A stretch of 64,000 nucleotides of DNA from Eubacteriales bacterium (GCA_045595395.1 JAZOAH010000028.1:158897-222896), one strand, 5' to 3'; counted from the first letter of the stretch, positions 51,581-61,611 are shown. Numbers and translations: made by a program. Notes: generated by a model from the sequence alone, not told the origin.

Positions 51581-53356
51581 ATGCTGACCAACATCGCCCG
51601 CTGTGCCGTTATCTCGGCGCCGCTGACCCCTTTTGATGTTGATTCCAACCTATCGGCCATGTCGGTGGCCGCTGATAAAGTGCTGCCCGCCCGACCCGAT
51701 GTGATGGTCTTCGGCGAGCTGTCCTTGTGCGGCGCTTCCTGCGGACATCTGCTGCGTCAGCAAAAGCTGCTGCGTGACTGCCTGAACGCTGCCGTCAAGT
51801 TTGCCGAGTTATATAAGCTTTCCGATACCCTCTTCCTGCTGGGTCTGCCTTTGGCTGTCGGACGCAAGGTCATCAGCGCCGCCGCCGTTATCAAGGGCGG
51901 ACGCATCCACATGTTTGCCGCCTCAGCGGCCGATCATGATGTGCTCGACCGCATCGACGGCGAGCAGAGCGTCACCGTGGACGGCAAGGCCGTGCCGGTA
52001 CGCATCCGTCCGGTCGTGCGGCATAACGGCATTGACATGGCCATTGTGCCGGGGCTGGATGTATCCCGCTGTCCCGAACCGGTCAATGCCGATCTCGTTG
52101 CCGCCCCCACCGTCATCAAGGCCGATCCGGCCCGTGATTACATGATGGGCGCACGCATCTCGGCACTGTCACGCATGCTGGGTGCCGGTCTGGTATTGTG
52201 CGCCGGCGGCATGGGTGAGTCGACCTATAACGGCATTTACAAAAACCTCGGCGGTATTTTTGAAAACGGTACCGCACTTGGCTTCCAATACGATTTTGAA
52301 CCGCTGGTGCTGGTTCGTGATATTGATCTGGATCTGCTCCCGGTCAAGGATATGACCCCGGTCACCGATCTGGGCGGCAACAATCTGGAGCGACAGCGGC
52401 TCAACCGCCACATCCCCAAAAATCCCTTCCTGCCCGAAGCCAACCGTGAGCGCATCCTCGACGATATGGCCGACACTCAGATCCACGGCCTGGCCACCCG
52501 CATGAAGCCGACCCACCTGAAAAAGATGGTTATCGGTGTTTCGGGCGGCATCGACAGCACCCATGCGCTGCTGGTCTGCGCCGCCGTCTGCGATCGGCTG
52601 GGGCTGGAGCGCAGCGATATCCTTGCCGTGCTTATGCCGGGGTTTGGCACCAAGTCGGGCAGCCGCAACCTCTCCGAGCAGCTGGCACAGGAGATCGGCG
52701 CCACCATTCGGGTGGTCAACATTGCCGACAGCGTCCATCAGCATTTTAAGGATATCAGCCATGATCCGCTCAACCTCAATGCCACCTATGAAAACGGACA
52801 GGCCCGTGAGCGCACCCAGATCCTCTTTGATATTGCCGGTGATAACGACGGCCTGGTCGTCGGTACCGGTGACATGTCCGAGATCACGCTGGGCTGGTGC
52901 ACCTTCGGCGGTGATCATTTGTCGGGCTATAATGTCAACGCTTCTCTGACCAAGTGCATGGTCACCGAAGGAGCAAAAGCCCTCGCACGCCGCTTGGGCG
53001 GCCGTTTGCCTGTCATCGTCGGCGAGATCGCAGAAGCTCCCCCGTCACCCGAGCTGCTGCCCGGTGACCAGGTCACCCAGAACATCATCGGCCCTTACGA
53101 ATTGCACGATTTCTTCCTGTACTATTATGTGCGTCACAACATGGCGCCCGATAAGATCGTATCCCTGGCCTTGCAGGCTTTTGAGGATACCTATGAAGAC
53201 AAGGTCGTCCGTGCCACCTTCGAGATCTTCCGCCGCCGCTTTTTGACCTCGCAGTTCAAGCGCGGCTGTGCGGCCGAAGGCGTGCTCTTTGGCGAAGTTT
53301 GTCTTTCGCCCTTCGGCACCCATTTCCCGTCCGACCTTCCCACTGTAAATTTCTAA
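51581..53356 (+). CDS. nadE: NAD+ synthase with N-terminal CN-hydrolase-like domain
   Basis: 591 aa with the PP-loop VIGVSGGIDST and an NAD synthetase C-terminal body. The N-terminal roughly 270 aa are nitrilase-like (FGELSLCG). Confidence 0.8.
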   Translation: MLTNIARCAVISAPLTPFDVDSNLSAMSVAADKVLPARPDVMVFGELSLCGASCGHLLRQQKLLRDCLNAAVKFAELYKLSDTLFLLGLPLAVGRKVISAAAVIKGGRIHMFAASAADHDVLDRIDGEQSVTVDGKAVPVRIRPVVRHNGIDMAIVPGLDVSRCPEPVNADLVAAPTVIKADPARDYMMGARISALSRMLGAGLVLCAGGMGESTYNGIYKNLGGIFENGTALGFQYDFEPLVLVRDIDLDLLPVKDMTPVTDLGGNNLERQRLNRHIPKNPFLPEANRERILDDMADTQIHGLATRMKPTHLKKMVIGVSGGIDSTHALLVCAAVCDRLGLERSDILAVLMPGFGTKSGSRNLSEQLAQEIGATIRVVNIADSVHQHFKDISHDPLNLNATYENGQARERTQILFDIAGDNDGLVVGTGDMSEITLGWCTFGGDHLSGYNVNASLTKCMVTEGAKALARRLGGRLPVIVGEIAEAPPSPELLPGDQVTQNIIGPYELHDFFLYYYVRHNMAPDKIVSLALQAFEDTYEDKVVRATFEIFRRRFLTSQFKRGCAAEGVLFGEVCLSPFGTHFPSDLPTVNF

Positions 53357-53369
53357 AGGAGAACCCAAC

Positions 53370-53639
53370 ATGAAAGCCGTAATCACCGTTGTCGGTGCCG
53401 ACCGTGTCGGCATCATCGCCAAAGTATCCAACAAATGTCTGGCATGCAATGTCAACATTCTCGACATCACCCAGCATGTCGTCGACGAATATTTCACCAT
53501 GACCATGGTCGTTGATACCGCTGCGTCCACCATTCCCTTTACCGAGTTGGTCGATACCATGACCGAGCTTGGCAAGGAGATGGGGCTGGTCATCCACACC
53601 ATGCACGAGGACATCTTCAATTTCATGCATAAGATCTAA
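53370..53639 (+). CDS. ACT domain protein (UPF0237 family)
   Basis: 89 aa with MKAVITVVGADRVGIIAKVS, typical of an ACT domain. Immediately precedes the UPF0210 gene. Confidence 0.75.
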   Translation: MKAVITVVGADRVGIIAKVSNKCLACNVNILDITQHVVDEYFTMTMVVDTAASTIPFTELVDTMTELGKEMGLVIHTMHEDIFNFMHKI

Positions 53640-53648
53640 GGAGAAGCC

Positions 53649-55007
53649 ATGTTAGAGCATTACGACATACTGGAAACCATACAGATGCTCAAGGAAGAGC
53701 ATCTGGACATCCGCACCGTCACCATGGGCATCTCTTTGCTGGACTGCGCCCATGAGGATATCGACGTTTTTTGTCAGCGTATCTATGACAAGATCACCAA
53801 AAGCGCCGAATTTCTTGTGCCCCGAGCCTGCGATATTGAAAAGAAATACGGGATTCCCATCATCAATAAGCGGGTTGCCGTCACCCCCATCTCGGTAGCG
53901 GCCGCCGCCTGCAAGAGCAGCGACTATGCCAAGATCGCCGCAACCTTAGACCGTGCCGCCGCCACCCTCGGCATCAACTTTATCGGTGGCTACTCGGCCC
54001 TCGTTCACGGCGGTTTTACCAATTCCGACCGCAAGCTGCTCGCCTCCATTCCCGAGGCGCTCTCCACCACCAACTGCGTCTGTTCCTCGGTCAATGTTGC
54101 CACCTCACGCAGCGGCATCAATATGGACGCCGTTGCCATGATGGGACACATCATCAAGGATACGGCTGCCCTCACCGCCGACCGTGACTCGATCGGCTGC
54201 GCTAAGTTGGTCGTTTTTGCCAATGCGCCCGAGGACAATCCCTTTATGGCCGGTGCCTTCCACGGCGTCGGTCAACCCGAACGTGTCATCAATGTCGGCG
54301 TATCCGGCCCGGGTGTTGTCCGCTCGGCCGTTGCCCGTGCCGGCGACTGTTCTCTCTCGGAACTGGCCGATATCATTAAAAAGACGGCCTTCAAGGTCAC
54401 TCGCATGGGACAGATGGTGGCCCACGATGCCGCCCAGGCCCTCGGCGTGCCCTACGGCATTGTTGATCTTTCCCTCGCCCCCACTCCCGCCATTGGCGAC
54501 TCGGTGGCGCATATTCTGGAGGAGATGGGATTGGAAACCTGCGGCACGCACGGCACTACCGCCTGCCTGGCCATGCTCAATGACGCCGTCAAGAAGGGCG
54601 GCATGTTCGCCTCCTCCTTTGTCGGAGGACTCTCGGGTGCTTTCATTCCCGTTTCGGAAGATGCCGGCATGATCGACGCCGCCCGTGGCGGGGTACTGAC
54701 GCTGGATAAATTAGAAGCCATGACCGCCGTCTGCTCGGTGGGCTTGGATATGATCGCCGTCCCGGGCGACACCCCGGCCGAGACCCTGTCGGGCATCATT
54801 GCCGACGAGATCTCCATCGGCCAGGTCAACCACAAGACCACCGCCGCCCGCCTGATCCCCGTTGTGGGCAAGGGTGTGGGCGAAGAAGCCGAGTTTGGCG
54901 GATTGCTGGGCAGTGCTCCCATTATGCCGGTGCATCCCCAGTCCTGTGCCCGCTTTATCCAGCGTGGCGGCCGCATCCCGGCCCCGACCACGGCCCTGAA
55001 AAACTGA
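53649..55007 (+). CDS. UPF0210 / DUF711 (PFL-like) family protein
   Basis: 452 aa with the N-terminus [27 protein letters not shown] characteristic of UPF0210. Confidence 0.75.
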   Translation: MLEHYDILETIQMLKEEHLDIRTVTMGISLLDCAHEDIDVFCQRIYDKITKSAEFLVPRACDIEKKYGIPIINKRVAVTPISVAAAACKSSDYAKIAATLDRAAATLGINFIGGYSALVHGGFTNSDRKLLASIPEALSTTNCVCSSVNVATSRSGINMDAVAMMGHIIKDTAALTADRDSIGCAKLVVFANAPEDNPFMAGAFHGVGQPERVINVGVSGPGVVRSAVARAGDCSLSELADIIKKTAFKVTRMGQMVAHDAAQALGVPYGIVDLSLAPTPAIGDSVAHILEEMGLETCGTHGTTACLAMLNDAVKKGGMFASSFVGGLSGAFIPVSEDAGMIDAARGGVLTLDKLEAMTAVCSVGLDMIAVPGDTPAETLSGIIADEISIGQVNHKTTAARLIPVVGKGVGEEAEFGGLLGSAPIMPVHPQSCARFIQRGGRIPAPTTALKN

Positions 55008-55423
55008 TGCCCCGCCGGACATATCGCCGGGCAGCCGGCTTAATCTTGACCGTTTGGACGCTGCTCCTGCTGTGGCTGACCCTTTGGGGTCGTCAAACCA
55101 TTGACCGCACCTGCTATCTCATCCCCTTGCAATCGACGATCGGTATGTTCTCTTATGCCTCATGGTATGAGATCGTTTATCTTGTCGTCGGTAACATCGC
55201 TTGGTTTATCCCCATTGGCTTTCTACTCGCCTACACCACACGCATCAAACTCTGGTTGGTTATTGTGTGCGGTGCAGGATTGTCGATCCTGATCGAGGGC
55301 TGTCAATATCTTTTTTCGGTCGGTGTCACCGATATCGACGATCTGATCTTCAACACGTTGGGTACTGCCATTGGCGTACTGCTATACTATATAATAAAGA
55401 AAAAACTGCCGCATCGTTTTTGA
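55007..55423 (+). CDS. VanZ family membrane protein
   Basis: 138 aa, 4 TM helices, C-terminal DIDDLIFNTLGTAIG motif. ATG overlaps the upstream stop (TGATG). Confidence 0.7.
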   Translation: MPRRTYRRAAGLILTVWTLLLLWLTLWGRQTIDRTCYLIPLQSTIGMFSYASWYEIVYLVVGNIAWFIPIGFLLAYTTRIKLWLVIVCGAGLSILIEGCQYLFSVGVTDIDDLIFNTLGTAIGVLLYYIIKKKLPHRF

Positions 55424-55436
55424 TGCGGCAGTTTCT

Positions 55437-57374
55437 TTATGTGAAACAAATGTTGTGATGGTCAATGCCCCGCAACAGCGGCTCGGGGTCACGACAGGTA
55501 AAATAGAGGATCTGTGTTTTTTGCGAAAGTTTGCCCAAAAGTTTGAGCATCTCGCCGGCACGCCCTTCATCGAAATTGGCGAAGGAATCGTCGAAGACCA
55601 GCGTCGGCTTTTCCTTAGCATAGAGCATGTCGATCAGAGCCAGGCGCAGCGAAATGTAGACGGCGTCGGCCGTGCCTACACTATAGTAGGGCAGTTTGCG
55701 GGCAACCTCCTTTTCCTCGACCTTTACCGTACCGCCGACATCGACAACGATGCGACGGGTAGTATCGCCGGTCGTGGCGGCAAAGAAATCGGCTGTCCGC
55801 TCGGCCAGCATGGGCGCATACAGATGGGTCATCTTCAGATGAGCCTCGTCCAGCGCATTCAGCGCCAGTTGATAGGCGGCCAGTTCCTTTTCCAGGGCGG
55901 CAGCTCGTTCCTGTTTTTCATTAAGCGAACTTTTGAGCAGATCGACCGAGCCGATATGGCGCAACCGCTCCTCCCGCTTTGTCTTTTTCTCGGCGAGAGC
56001 CAGTTGCAACTGCTGCTCCAGTCGGAGGTTCTGCTCCTGCTGATAGGTCAGCGCATGATAGGCCTCGTCGGCACGGCGGTAGACCTCGATATCCATAGCC
56101 GCCAGCCCATCCTGTAACTGCTGACACAATCTCTGTTGCTCGGCCACGGTATCCAGATCGACATACAAGGCTTTGATGCTTGCCGTATCATCGGCCTGTT
56201 CACCCAAGCACTGCACCAATATCTTTTGCAGGCGAGCGGCCTCAAGATGTTGCTGTTGTTCCCGTTCGTAAACGGCCATCATCTGCTCATATTCGACCCG
56301 TTTGCGATAGGCTAGGATCCCATACTGCACAAGACAAACCAAGCCCACCGACGATAGGATAAACGGCCAGTTTGACGGCAATAAAAACCCTAAAATCCAA
56401 CTCGTCACGATGGTTGCAATGCCCATCACCAATAACCATGTCGGCTTCTTAGGCTTATGCGGCGGCTCGATCCGGCCCAGCACATCACGCAGAGCCTGCA
56501 GTCGCTGGGATACCTGATTCAGGTCATCGACCTGGCGGCGATCCAGCCCGCCCAAACGGGCCTGCGCCTGCTGCATACGGGCCTTGGCCAAAGCCAGTTC
56601 TTCTTCCTTTTGCCGACGCTGGCGGGCAAACTCCTCTTGGATGCGAGCCTGCTGAGCCGCCATCTTTTCTTCCAATTCCTGCCGATCGGCTGTGCATCGG
56701 GATAACTGGCGGCTCAAGCCCTCGCACTCCTCGGACAGCGTCGTCAGCGCAGCCTGCTCCTGACGCACCTGCTCGATCTGATAGGAGATCTCTGTCATCT
56801 CACGGCGCAGAGCCGGCAAGACACCGGCACGGCCGGAGTCGATCTTGTTTTTGGCTTTATGCAACGCATCCCGTGCCTTTTCATAAGATACATTTTCATC
56901 GGCGCCGGTCACGATATTTTTCAATTTATCTTCCAGCTCGTCCATGCTCACGTTCTGCAAGGTTGACTGACCGAAAAAGGCGGTGCTTTCAAAGGTCTCC
57001 AGCGACAACCCGTACAGTTCCTCGCCGATCTCACGGGTCATGGGGATCTCGGTGGCCGTCAACGTATCGTACAGGCGCACCGATTTGGCACCCTCTCGCA
57101 CCACTGTGACCCGACGCCCGTCGGCGGTCAAGATCATGCTGCCGCCCGGCTCGCCGCCCGTCCAGGGCTTAAAGCGCTGAGCAGTGGTCAGCGGATTGGT
57201 GGCGCTGCTGCGCTCGTTTTTGGGGAAGCCGTAGAGCATGTAGCGGATAAACCCGGCCAGCGTGCTTTTGCCCGTTTCGTTGGGGGCGTACATCACATTC
57301 AGGCCGTCCTGCAGTTCCACCGAACGGTCCTTGAATTTGCCGAAATTCCGCAGTTCCAGTTTATTGATCGTCAA
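55437..57374 (-). CDS. SbcC/Rad50-like AAA ATPase with central transmembrane hairpin (YhaN-like)
   Basis: Walker A PNETGKST; long heptad-rich Q/E/L/R regions; two hydrophobic helices at residues 312-356 (nt 56307..56441); C-terminal Walker B/D-loop LVFDDSFANFDEGR. Confidence 0.7.
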   Translation of the reverse strand: MTINKLELRNFGKFKDRSVELQDGLNVMYAPNETGKSTLAGFIRYMLYGFPKNERSSATNPLTTAQRFKPWTGGEPGGSMILTADGRRVTVVREGAKSVRLYDTLTATEIPMTREIGEELYGLSLETFESTAFFGQSTLQNVSMDELEDKLKNIVTGADENVSYEKARDALHKAKNKIDSGRAGVLPALRREMTEISYQIEQVRQEQAALTTLSEECEGLSRQLSRCTADRQELEEKMAAQQARIQEEFARQRRQKEEELALAKARMQQAQARLGGLDRRQVDDLNQVSQRLQALRDVLGRIEPPHKPKKPTWLLVMGIATIVTSWILGFLLPSNWPFILSSVGLVCLVQYGILAYRKRVEYEQMMAVYEREQQQHLEAARLQKILVQCLGEQADDTASIKALYVDLDTVAEQQRLCQQLQDGLAAMDIEVYRRADEAYHALTYQQEQNLRLEQQLQLALAEKKTKREERLRHIGSVDLLKSSLNEKQERAAALEKELAAYQLALNALDEAHLKMTHLYAPMLAERTADFFAATTGDTTRRIVVDVGGTVKVEEKEVARKLPYYSVGTADAVYISLRLALIDMLYAKEKPTLVFDDSFANFDEGRAGEMLKLLGKLSQKTQILYFTCRDPEPLLRGIDHHNICFT

Positions 57375-58467
57375 GGCCTGTCAACTCCTCTCCGGCCAGT
57401 GCGGCCAAGCCCAGGCTCAAGGCCCGCTCGCGTATCTCCTGCTCGGTGTCCGTACCCAATATTTCACGCAGATACAGGCCGGTCAGCGTATTTTCGCCCA
57501 GCAACCGCTCGTAATCGGGCTGCAACCGAGTCCGATCGACCACCTTGATAAACGGCAGATGAGCCGCCTGCTGGCGAATAGCCTGGATATGCAACAGCAG
57601 CCCGGCCGGACGATAACCGGTCAGCACCAGCTTGAGCAACAGATCGGAAGAGGCGCCGGCTATACGGCCACGCACACGGGACAGAACATCAAGCATGGTC
57701 TGCGCCCCGGTGATATCCACCTCCAGCATCTCAAAACGGCCGACCTGACTTTCGATAAAGTCCAGGCTCACGCTACCCTTGCCGACTCGGCCGGCCAAAT
57801 AGCCCTTAGCACCCGTTTCGTCAAAGCCACGCCCGACCAGCGTGCCGGGATAGGCATAATAGGTATCTCCCGCCTTAAGTACACCCGAACAGGTATGCAC
57901 ATGCCCCAAGGCCAAATAGTCCAGACCGCTGGCTGCGATCTGCTCCAGCGTGACCGGCTGATAGACCTTATGCCCGCCAAACCCCTGCACCTGCGAATGC
58001 AGACACATCAGATTGATGCGGGAGGGATCCTCGACCCGAAAATCAGCCAGCGGTTGGGTGTCGCTGTTTTCATGCAAACACCCCAAGCCATATACCGTGA
58101 AATCCTCAAAATCCAACCGCTCCATACGCCCCGAGTCGAAGATATACAGGTTGTCCGAACGCTCAAGACTCCGATAGGGCGAAGCGCCGTAAATGCAATC
58201 ATGATTGCCGGGCGCAATAAAGAAGCGAGTGGCCGAATACTTGGCGGCAATATCGGAGATCAGCCGCACCGACGCACCGGTGGCCTCGGCGTTATCAAAC
58301 AGGTCGCCCGGCAGTAGCACCGCCTGCACCCCCTGCTCACCCGCCCGCTCCAGGGCAGCGGCAAAGCAGCTGCGAATGGTCTGGCGGCGTGCCTGTGCCA
58401 CAGCGCCCGGCAGTTCCCCGAAGGGGGTGTCCAGATGGGTATCGGCAATATGGACGATGGATATCAT
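57361..58467 (-). CDS. SbcD/Mre11-like metallophosphoesterase (YhaO-like)
   Basis: 368 aa from MISIVHIADTHLD (ATG 58467 behind GGAGGAAA). Carries LLPGDLFD, GNHD and LGHVH motifs. Confidence 0.8.
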   Translation of the reverse strand: MISIVHIADTHLDTPFGELPGAVAQARRQTIRSCFAAALERAGEQGVQAVLLPGDLFDNAEATGASVRLISDIAAKYSATRFFIAPGNHDCIYGASPYRSLERSDNLYIFDSGRMERLDFEDFTVYGLGCLHENSDTQPLADFRVEDPSRINLMCLHSQVQGFGGHKVYQPVTLEQIAASGLDYLALGHVHTCSGVLKAGDTYYAYPGTLVGRGFDETGAKGYLAGRVGKGSVSLDFIESQVGRFEMLEVDITGAQTMLDVLSRVRGRIAGASSDLLLKLVLTGYRPAGLLLHIQAIRQQAAHLPFIKVVDRTRLQPDYERLLGENTLTGLYLREILGTDTEQEIRERALSLGLAALAGEELTGLDDQ

Positions 58468-59285
58468 CTTATTTCCTCCTCTCCCACACACAAAAAGGCG
58501 GCCAGACTGCCCCGCTGCGGCCCTTGGCGGCGATGGGAAAAATACCGCTGATCGTGGCAGGTACATTCCCCTGCTACGGTAATATGTTGATCTGTTACGC
58601 CTGCGGCCAACAGCATATGGCGATTGGCCGTCCACAGATCGGCAAAGGGCTTCGGATGGCCCGATTGATAGCGTAGGCATCCGCCGCCACCGGCCTGATC
58701 GATGGCCTGCCCGACCTCCGGTGAGACCTCATAACAGCAGGGGCCGGCGCTCGGTCCGATGGCCGCCAAGATGTCCTCGGGGCGGCTGCCGTATTCCTGC
58801 ATCATGGCCGCCACCGCCTTGCCTGTGATATTCTGCACCGTCCCCCGCCACCCAGCGTGGATCAGACAAGCGGCACGCCGGATCGGATCGGCCAAAAACA
58901 CCGGCGTGCAATCGGCATGGAAGGTGACCAGCGTCACCCCCGGCACATCGGTCATCAGCGCATCAACATCGGCAAAGCTCTTTTTTGTAATGCCCTCGCC
59001 CCGATCCGCCAAACCGACCTTGCGGATATGATCGGTATGGGTCTGGGCCGAAAGCACCAGAGAATCGACACTTACCCCGATGGCACGGGTCAAGATCCGA
59101 TAGTTTTCCAGGACATTTTCCCGCTCATCGCCCCGAGAAAAACCGAGATTGAGAGAACCCAGAGGGCCTTGACTGACCCCGCCGTTGCGGGTGGAAAAGG
59201 CGTGAATAAAGCCGGCAGCCGTCAGCTGCGGCACCGTCAGATATTCCAGATCACCCCGATATTCATGAGTAAATCCTTGCGGCAT
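58464..59285 (-). CDS. pgeF: peptidoglycan editing factor PgeF (YfiH/DUF152 laccase-domain protein)
   Basis: 273 aa from MPQGF (ATG 59285 behind a G-rich SD). Carries FSTRNGGVS, the HADC region and HAGWRG. Confidence 0.8.
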   Translation of the reverse strand: MPQGFTHEYRGDLEYLTVPQLTAAGFIHAFSTRNGGVSQGPLGSLNLGFSRGDERENVLENYRILTRAIGVSVDSLVLSAQTHTDHIRKVGLADRGEGITKKSFADVDALMTDVPGVTLVTFHADCTPVFLADPIRRAACLIHAGWRGTVQNITGKAVAAMMQEYGSRPEDILAAIGPSAGPCCYEVSPEVGQAIDQAGGGGCLRYQSGHPKPFADLWTANRHMLLAAGVTDQHITVAGECTCHDQRYFSHRRQGPQRGSLAAFLCVGEEEIR

Positions 59286-59430
59286 CGGTATCCCCCCCTT
59301 TTTCTTATATAGTATCATTTCTCCCCCGTACCTGACAAGGCATAAAATAATAAAAATCCTTTCGATGGCCGATATTTCCATTGGCTCACTGGTAAAGTTG
59401 CACAAAAAATGACAACTTATCAAAAAATCA

Positions 59431-59459
59431 TTGCATTGGGCATCCATATTCGCTATAAT
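59431..59459 (+). promoter_or_regulatory. promoter of EF-G paralog
   Basis: TTGCAT (59431..59436), 17 nt, TATAAT (59454..59459). Confidence 0.5.
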
Positions 59460-59509
59460 GATTTTGTTAGGCGCTATATCGTTTTAGCGTGAGAAAGGAG
59501 AAAAACCAC

Positions 59510-61567
59510 ATGAAAGATTATGCACAGTCCGCTCTGAGAAACATCTGCCTCGCCGGTCACGGTTCCGCCGGTAAGACCTGTCTTACCGAAGCCCTGCTTT
59601 TTGCGTCCAAAGCCATTGACCGTCCGGGCAATATTGCCGCAGGGAACACCTGCTCGGACTTTGATGCAGAAGAGATCAAGAGAGGCATTTCGATTTCCAC
59701 GTCCGTCTGCCCGGTTGAGTGGAAGGACTGCAAGATAAATATCATTGACACCCCCGGCTTCTTCGATTTTGCCGGTGAAGCCCAGCAGGGCATCCAGGCA
59801 GCTGACACCACGCTGGTGGTCGTTTCGGCCAAGGACGGTGTTGAGGTCGGCACCGAGCATATTTTCGGTTATGCCGGCGGCAAGCCCCGTGCCTTCTTCG
59901 TTACCAAGCTCGACGAGGAACACGTCAACTACTCCCATACCCTTGAAGACCTGGCCAACGTCTTCGGCGTCAGCGTCTGCCCCATCACTCTGCCGCTGAT
60001 CGACGGGGATAAGGTGGTCGGCTATGTTGACCTGCTGCAGAATAAGGCGGTCGACCTCAAGGGTAATGATATCCCCATCCCGGCTGATGTGCCCAAGATG
60101 GATATGTATCAGCACAAGCTCATCGAAGGCATTGCCGAGACCGATGAGGAATTGATGGAAAAATACTTTGCCGATGAGCCTTTCACCCCCGAAGAGATCC
60201 GCAAGGGTGTTGTGGCCGGTATTGCCGCCGGCACGCTGCTGCCCGTCTTTGCCGGTACCTGCAACGATCAGGGCGGTGTTTCGCTGCTGCTGGACGATAT
60301 CGTCAAATTCTTCCCCTGCCCCGGCTATCGCAATGTCGTTGAGGGGCAGAACATCCGAGGTGAGTCGATCGAGATCGAGATCGGCGAGACCGAGCCCTTC
60401 TCGGCCTTCGTCTTCAAGACGGTTGCCGACCCCTTTGTCGGCAAGATGTCCTATTTCCGTGTGACCTCGGGTACCCTGACCACCGATAAAAGCATCATCA
60501 ACACCGTATCGGGTCAGACCGAAAAGATCGGCCGCATTTATGTTATGCGTGGCAAGAAGCAGATCGAAGTTCCCAAGCTCTGCTCGGGTGATATCGGCGT
60601 TGTGACCAAGCTGACCAACACCAACACCGGCGACACCCTGTGCGAGGCCTCCCGTCCCTGCATCCTGCCCGGCACACACCGTGAATTACCGCCGCCCTGC
60701 CTGAGCATGGCTGTCCTGCCCAAGACCAAGGGCGATGAAGACAAGATCGCCGGCGGCCTGCAGCGTCTGTGCGAAGAAGACATCACCATCTCCTATCGCC
60801 TGGATCGTGAGACCAAGCAGCAGATCCTGTCGGGTCTGGGTGAGATGCACCTGGATGTCATCGTATCCAAGTTAAAGAACAAATTCGGCGTAGCCGTTGA
60901 ACTCAAGACTCCACGTGTCCCCTATCGTGAGACCATCAAGAAGAAGGTCAAGGTCGAGGGCAAGCATAAGAAACAGTCGGGCGGCCACGGCCAGTACGGT
61001 CATGTCTGGATCGAATTCGAGCCGGGCGTAGAATCGGATCTGGTCTTTGAAGAGAAGATCTTCGGCGGCTCGGTACCTAAGAACTTCTTCCCTGCCGTAG
61101 AAAAGGGTCTGCGTGACAGCGTCAAGCACGGCGTGCTGGCCGGCTATCCTGTCGTCAACCTAAAAGCCACTCTGCTCGACGGCTCCTATCATCCTGTCGA
61201 CTCCAACGAGTTGGCCTTTAAGGTGGCTGCCGGTCTGGCCTTTAAGGCAGGCCTGCCCCAGGCCAATCCCGTTCTGCTCGAGCCGATCGGTATGCTCAAG
61301 GTCGTCGTTCCCGAGGTGCTGACCGGTTCGGTCATCAGTGATCTCAACCGCCGTCGAGGCACCATGCTGGGCATGAACCCCATGGGCGGCGGCACCCAGG
61401 AGATTATGGGCGAGGTACCGATGAGCGAAATGCACACCTACGCCACCGACCTGCGCTCCCTGACCCGTGGCCGTGGTTCCTTTGAGTTTAAGTTCGAACG
61501 CTATCAGGAAGCCCCTGCTCCCGTGGCGCAGAAGGTCATTGCCGAAGCTCAGGCCGAGGCCGAATAA
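59510..61567 (+). CDS. elongation factor G paralog with degenerate GTPase motifs
   Basis: 685 aa. G1 GHGSAGKT; G3 DTPGFFDF (Phe where EF-G/EF-Tu carry the catalytic His); G4 TKLD instead of NKxD; domain IV KKQSGGHGQYGHV, typical of EF-G. ATG 59510 follows an AAGGAG SD. Confidence 0.75.
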   Translation: MKDYAQSALRNICLAGHGSAGKTCLTEALLFASKAIDRPGNIAAGNTCSDFDAEEIKRGISISTSVCPVEWKDCKINIIDTPGFFDFAGEAQQGIQAADTTLVVVSAKDGVEVGTEHIFGYAGGKPRAFFVTKLDEEHVNYSHTLEDLANVFGVSVCPITLPLIDGDKVVGYVDLLQNKAVDLKGNDIPIPADVPKMDMYQHKLIEGIAETDEELMEKYFADEPFTPEEIRKGVVAGIAAGTLLPVFAGTCNDQGGVSLLLDDIVKFFPCPGYRNVVEGQNIRGESIEIEIGETEPFSAFVFKTVADPFVGKMSYFRVTSGTLTTDKSIINTVSGQTEKIGRIYVMRGKKQIEVPKLCSGDIGVVTKLTNTNTGDTLCEASRPCILPGTHRELPPPCLSMAVLPKTKGDEDKIAGGLQRLCEEDITISYRLDRETKQQILSGLGEMHLDVIVSKLKNKFGVAVELKTPRVPYRETIKKKVKVEGKHKKQSGGHGQYGHVWIEFEPGVESDLVFEEKIFGGSVPKNFFPAVEKGLRDSVKHGVLAGYPVVNLKATLLDGSYHPVDSNELAFKVAAGLAFKAGLPQANPVLLEPIGMLKVVVPEVLTGSVISDLNRRRGTMLGMNPMGGGTQEIMGEVPMSEMHTYATDLRSLTRGRGSFEFKFERYQEAPAPVAQKVIAEAQAEAE

Positions 61568-61576
61568 GTCCATATT

Positions 61577-61611
61577 TCAGGAAGACAGCGGACTGTCTTC
61601 CTGATTTTTTT
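61577..61611 (+). terminator. rho-independent terminator after EF-G paralog
   Basis: tcaggaagacag/ctgtcttcctga perfect stem with loop cgga, then TTTTTTT. Confidence 0.8.
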
